From: Macrostomum hystrix
Lineage: Eukaryota > Animalia > Platyhelminthes
Assembly (NCBI GenBank): GCA_950097015.1
Contig: CATNEN010000002.1
Location: 6,014,001-6,078,000, forward strand
Direction: 5' to 3'
Length of the DNA stretch: 64,000 bases
Positions 58,561-64,000 of the stretch are shown one piece after another. Each line of letters opens with the position of its first letter. Position 1 is the stretch's first letter. The notes beneath the pieces were generated by a model that saw only the letters and a program-made list of their open reading frames with translations, was not told the origin of the DNA and did not search any database. The position numbers and the translations under genes were made by a program.

Positions 58561-59143
58561 TTCAAGTCTCACAGCAGAGGACAAAAGCCTTTTTTAATGG
58601 TGCAGGAAAATACAGAGGTAACAGGAAAGCTAGCAAACTACTCGTACATAGAAAACTTTCTTTCGCATAACTTTTTCCTACCGATTATGCATTACCAAGA
58701 TGATTCATTTCGATCCATCCAAAGTTCATTTTTAACCTTTCAATTGCTACCATTGCCGTATTTGCAAAAAATCTAAAAATTTTTAAGCGTGCGCAAAAAA
58801 AATTTGTTAGAGGGGATTTCCCCTTTAGGTAGTTCGACTGTTGAAGCCGGCTTTATGTTTTCCTTTCGAAAAAATGTTACTGTATTTTTCTTTATTTAAA
58901 AAATTTCATAAAGTTCGCTCGAAAAAATTAGATTACCGATTTTTTGTTTTGCTGCAGGATAAAAACACAAAATGTATAGTAAATTAAAGTACGTGTACAT
59001 TGGTTAGAGAAAAACTGTGCAGAAATCATCACTTCGTTAACAATAGTTAGTGGAACTGTAAATTTGACTGTAAAAGAAGAAACTGCTCCAAAATTTGACA
59101 CAAAAACTTCACTTTCACGACGACTTCCCTGTCGAAGCCGCAA

Positions 59144-59944
59144 TCAAGGAAATGAATATCCGTAAGCCTCCACCTCACACAATACAAATGAACTAGTTGT
59201 CAGTCGGCTGAAGACTTTAATCCTGCTCCCAAAGCCAGTGCAGGTGAAGTTTCCGACAAGAAATGTAGAAACGGTGTTGTTGTACTCATTGCATCGTAAT
59301 TCGTCCAGCAGCAGAACAAAGTCACCAAGTTTCCAAGGGCAGCAGTCGTTTCTGTTGTAGAGGGTGACGTAGGAGATGACCGCAGCGGCAGAGAGCTGGC
59401 CCTCCCACCATTCGTTGTTTAGGGTGTTGTACGTGTGGCTGCAGGAGCCATGATTGAAAATTTGGTCTTTGTTTCCGTCCATCGCTTTTTGGCAAGGGCC
59501 TTCATTAGAGATGGAACTCTGGGCACAGCTGGCAAACGGAAGCTTCTGATTCGCTGTGGGAGAGTGACGTGACATGAGTGCGTATTTGATTAAAAAACTC
59601 ACATTAATTTCTACGTTGGGATCTAAACTAGTAATTCATTCACCATTAGGTGGTCGGATGTAGATGGTGCACATCGCAGTCCTGCTGGTCCAGTTGCTTG
59701 AGTAGAAGGCCTGAGCACTGATCATATGGCAGTGGCTTAGCAGCCAGAAGAATCCGTAGCAGGTCGAGTTGAAGCCGCACAGATAAGCACAGAGCCGCTC
59801 AGAGCTGGCGCCCATCGATTCCTGAGTCACCGACGGAGCTTGGAAGCTGGCGTTCCGGCCGATGATGAAGCCATTGTTGGTTGATGCGGCACCTCTGAGG
59901 ACACTCAGAACCGTTACAACTTGCGAGAAGAGTAGCGGCAACAT
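59144..59944 (-). CDS. Secreted PAN/apple + F-type lectin, copy C, 236 aa
   Basis: Exons 59944-59644 and 59553-59144 (phase 1). Exon 1 is nearly identical to copy A. FTLD AMDGN and H-x27-RNDCCPWK. Confidence 0.9.
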
Positions 59945-60884
59945 TGTAGCATATCTCTGAGCAAAAAAGTTTTCCCGCTTAGGAGGGCAATAATTTGAGT
60001 CCAAGCTGAGCAGATATATTGAGATGGGTAGTAGGAAGCAGACAATGGCAGGCCTAAAAAACTCATTCTATGTTGACCTAGTTGGCAGTTTTGGCAAAAA
60101 TGTCAAAACGTTATTTTCCTTACAACTGGGCGCATTTTGCGGTTTTAATTGGAAGTGAAGGATAACTATGAAATAATTTAGGCTCTTTCTCTCCTCATTG
60201 AGGTGCATCTATTATGACAATGAGCTTAATTGAAAAATTCCCGCTAGGTGGGTAGCTGCATGAGATAATTTCGTAACGACAAGAGATCTATTAGAGCTTG
60301 TCACTTGGACCGAAGCTTTATATTAAACGTCAACTATGCTATCATCGCCTCGGTCTAAAGGCGATTCGGCTTGCACTGCTGCTCACAATTGTTTCAGACC
60401 GACAAAAGTGCAAAAATGTTTGCACTGGTATGCTGAATAAATGCTGGCTGTGTTTCGCACATTTTCCTTATTTACCAGAGAAATTGATCTGCAGAAACTT
60501 CACTTGAAGCCTGCATCGGTTGAACCCTGTCAAACGCTAATTGTTATGCACTGTGTGTTGATCAGGTTAACAGTCTGATTTAGAATAGCTATTTGAAAAA
60601 GAGTAATAGTCGCAGGAGGGCTGCGGGCAATGGCACATTATTTGGTGACACTAGAACCGCAGCCAGCGAGGAGGCTATTCTGCCCATTTCGCTGACACTT
60701 GAGCACACAGTCCCATAAGTGTGTACATCTGCCCTGAATTTCTCATCATCATGCAGTGTACAGTCTCACCGTGCCTTGGAGATTGGCCCTCCAGTATATG
60801 AATTGCAAGACAAGCCCCCAAGCCTTGTCTCCGCGGCTACGCGCCAAATGAATGTGACTCATCGTTCGCAACCGAAACAATGGT

Positions 60885-62200
60885 CTAAGGAAAGCTGAAG
60901 CCATAGACCTCGAACACGCAGATCTGAAGCGAGTCAACGAGTCGACGAAAAACCCGCAGCCTGCTTCCGTAGCCGTGGCAAGTCAGGTTGATCACGCTGA
61001 ATTCGCCGGTGTTGTGTTGGTTGCACTGAGCTCCGTCCAGCTGCATGCTGAAGTTTCCCAGTCTCTCCTGGCAGCAGTCTTGCCTGCTGTAGATGGTGAC
61101 GTAGGAGATGACTGCGGCCGCGGACAGTTTGCCCTCCCACCACGGGTTGGCCTGTCTGTCCGTGTGGCTGCAGGAGCCTTTACTGAATTCTTGGTTTCGG
61201 TTTCCGTCGATTGCTCTCGCGCAAACATGATCAGAAAACGTCGAGCTCTGCTTGCAGCTGGCGATAGAGAGTCTGTGAGGAACTGCAAAAATAAATTAGC
61301 GATGGGTCAAGAGCCGTTTGACGCATACTTCAAATTAAACAATTTTGAGTAGACTTTGAGTATGTTAGCCATCAATAAACCTCTTGAAAGTTTAGTTAAC
61401 TTTTTAATTTTTTAAAGAGACGTGCTGAAAGACGTCTCTTGGAACTGTTAGCGTCTGCTTGTCATTTGCCTGAAATCACGAATCACAGCATTAACAGTAG
61501 AAAGACGGGAGGGTAGAATATCATATCCACATGTTTCTTTTTTTCTGTATCTCCTAAAATATTTAACCAACCGCCATATTGCAATCAAGAAAACGGGTTG
61601 GTTTTTATCGCTCTATTCGATGAAAAAATCTGAATCACAGTATCGGCGTCGTCGAGATTTTCAACGATCCACATTGTGGACTTTGACGAAAATCGGTCAG
61701 TCGGTTCGGGAGCTATTAGGAAGTAGGCAGCGGGCAACGGGTATTTAAAGTACCCCGTGTTCTTGCAACTGCCGATTGAAAGTCTCTGAGGGACTGTTGG
61801 ATGTCGATCAATGCTGATTGTTTGGATGCATTTTGTGTTACCGTATGTTGAACAGGACGTACAAGAAATAATAATTGACGAAGTTGAAATCATACGTGTA
61901 GTATTTCACACCTGCAAGGCTTCGAATGTACACAGTGCACTGAGTTTCTGTGCTGGTCCAGTTGCTCCAGAAGTTCGCATGAACGCTGAACAGGTGGCAC
62001 TGGTTGAGCAGCCGGAAGAAGACGAAGCAAGTGACACTTGCGCGTGGTCAGCGCAGACGTCGAGCACGGCTCACCGAGCCAGGCCTGGCACTCTCGCTCC
62101 TCTGGAGCATGGAGCGTTGGCCCCCGTCTATCTCGGCGACGTCGTGCCGCAATTGACCAGCGCTGAACCAGAAGAAGATTAAGCACCTCAGCTGTTAGCT
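60885..62200 (-). pseudogene. PAN + F-type lectin copy D: intact FTLD exon (61282-60885), disrupted PAN exon (ends 61912)
   Basis: The FTLD exon reads open with AIDGN and canonical H-x26-RQDCCQER through to CVFEVYGFSFP*. Exon 1 ends TCFVFFRLLNQCHL..CTVYIRSLA|gt in phase 1, but upstream it has a TGA and at least two frameshifts. Confidence 0.75.
61585..61793 (-). other. Divergent FTLD-like exon inside the intron of copy D
   Basis: Phase-1 acceptor ccaacag|TC CCT CAG gives VPQRLSIGSCK, versus VPHRLSIASCK at the start of the D FTLD exon. Open for 69 codons to a stop at 61585. Confidence 0.55.
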
Positions 62201-64000
62201 GTCTGTGGACTGTAGAACTCGGCGCGGATGATCCCACATCCCCATCCAACCTCATTCAAACTATACTCATTCTACATGACTACGAGTTATTAGTTATACA
62301 TTAATGATCGGCAATCCCTCTCGACCCTAAAGTTCCTGCCAGGACACCACCACCGCCTTCGAGTAGATCTCGCAGAAGCCCAAGGAGCAGGGCACTCGCC
62401 GGGAGAAGCATTATTTAGTGTCATCATTGACAACATCTGGACCTAGCATCCTGGCAACATGGCTGAGTGCCTTCCCCAACGGCAGCCCAACGCGCTGGTC
62501 CTGCAGACGCCATGGTCGGCAACGGGAAAGGACAGATTCCATTAGTAGAGGTATTAAAATATTCTAAAATGGAGGGAATACTATACTGGAGAAATTTTCG
62601 TGCACTGCAATGCGAATGTAAATGTATAGTGCAATGTAATGCGAATATGCATAAAATAAACTGAATTCATATATCCTGTTTTAATTGAAATGCATAACAA
62701 GGCAGGCCATTTATATTAGCTTTGTTTAAGCTAATGAGAATATAAAAAATCACAAAGCAATTATGCTGTACTCAAATGGAGCGCAAGTCGTTTTAGTCCG
62801 CGAAATATCACTAACTATCATGCTAAGTTTAAATTCGTGCCAATATCATTTAATATTACTATGTTTGTTTCATTGCGCAAAACATTATTTAATATTCAGC
62901 ATTTATTATAAACATGAATCTGAAAACCACAAAAAATAGACGAGAATTCCGAAGGGAGTAACGCGCGTAGCGTAGTATTAACCGCTAACTTAGAAGTTGG
63001 CTCAATCAACCCCACTACGGCGTGAGAGTTTAAAATATCCCCTCAGGGAGAATAAATACAGTAATTAGATATTACAGTGTACAATAATCCTCAGACGATT
63101 GATAACGATTAGGATAAGAAATGTCACAACAACTTTGGTGGCACTAAAATCATAATCGCACGAAGGGAGATAAGCTAGAACCGCAACAACTTTGGTGACA
63201 ATAGTGAGATAAAATACTTTTCTGAGAAGCAAAGGAGAAGACCCACAACAATAATCATGTTTGTTAATCATAATAATAAAATTGTTAGCCTTGCAACCAG
63301 CTGTTTGCAATCCAATGTCCGGAGCGTTTCCCTCGCATGCAGTGATATCACATAGAGCTTTCCTGTCGTCTTGCTGCCATCCAGATCTTGAGATGGGATC
63401 CGAATTGTCAGCCAGATTAGCCAGTGGAAACAGGTTGTGCGGCTTCGATTCTATGTGCGAGCCGCGCAAGTCACCGAAGTACGTACACCGGATGTTATAC
63501 CACGGATGGTGTCCGTGGAATTGGCCGTGGCTCTGGCTGCCCACATAGACTAGGCGATGGTGTCCTGTGGATAAGCTGCGCCTAATACTTTGGCTTGAGC
63601 AGTAAAGTTAGAGAAATTTGCCTCCGGGTATCTATATATAGTGGCCTATTTCCACCTGTTGTAGCCCTTGAAGGTCCAGCAAATCCGTCTAGATAGAGGT
63701 AGGTGACCACCAAAGATGGAGATGATGCAGACACATTCGGGTGACATGCTGATAAATTTTGAAGGCCTGGGAAGGCCACACTGAGGCGTAGTGCTAATTT
63801 GTGTATAGGGGTGTATGAAATACACTAGCACCGTTCTGGTGCAGCACAAATAACTCCCCCTTGGGGAAACCCCCCCGGGGTAGTTCTACTGCGAAAGTTT
63901 ACGGGTAATCTAATGGTTTTATAGAAATTACGAGTATATTCGCTTTATGCATTTAATCAGCGCAGGTGGGAAAGGTGGCAAAATGCGGGCTAACAGTAAC

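Noticed and set aside
63065-63849. ORFs near the window end as a gene or LINE endonuclease
   Set aside because: Isolated words (FKGYN, LYVISLH) without the APE catalytic motifs, and no signal, domain or splice support.

Overview
Eukaryotic (metazoan, invertebrate-like) genomic DNA with GT-AG introns. About 27 separate tandem-repeat arrays (units 5-68 bp) fill roughly 19-20 kb (about 30%) of the window. That architecture resembles the flatworm Macrostomum, but this is inference only. All gene models were assembled by hand by matching splice phases across the arrays. Genes: an intronless signal-PAN/apple-C-type lectin (4014-4772, -); a 2-exon signal-PAN-like-LamG/ConA-like gene (7349-8683, +); an ankyrin-repeat gene (11936-12631, -); a 7-exon, 882-aa secreted TSP1-kringle-WSC-like-...-PAN protein (13998-21625, +); a Gfi1/senseless six-finger ortholog (23102-28442, +); a FAM161 ortholog (41743-47051, +); and a cluster of signal-PAN-F-type (fucose) lectin paralogs (52.5-62.2 kb, -) with two intact copies and three damaged ones. 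Mobile DNA: a hAT MITE with perfect TIRs and an 8-bp TSD, a hAT transposase remnant, two tRNA-derived SINE families, a LINE 3' remnant, a DIRS-type tyrosine recombinase remnant and an LTR-like duplicated segment. Main leads: (1) a PAN module fused to three different lectin folds, with mosaic diversification of the F-type lectins; (2) minisatellites built from splice-acceptor-like or transcription-factor-site-like units, placed in introns and right after stop codons; (3) a 65-68-bp GC-rich array family at rearrangement junctions, which in one case replaces the whole coding body of a lectin gene. Most long ORFs in the supplied track are translations of these repeats. No prokaryotic system or CRISPR array is present.
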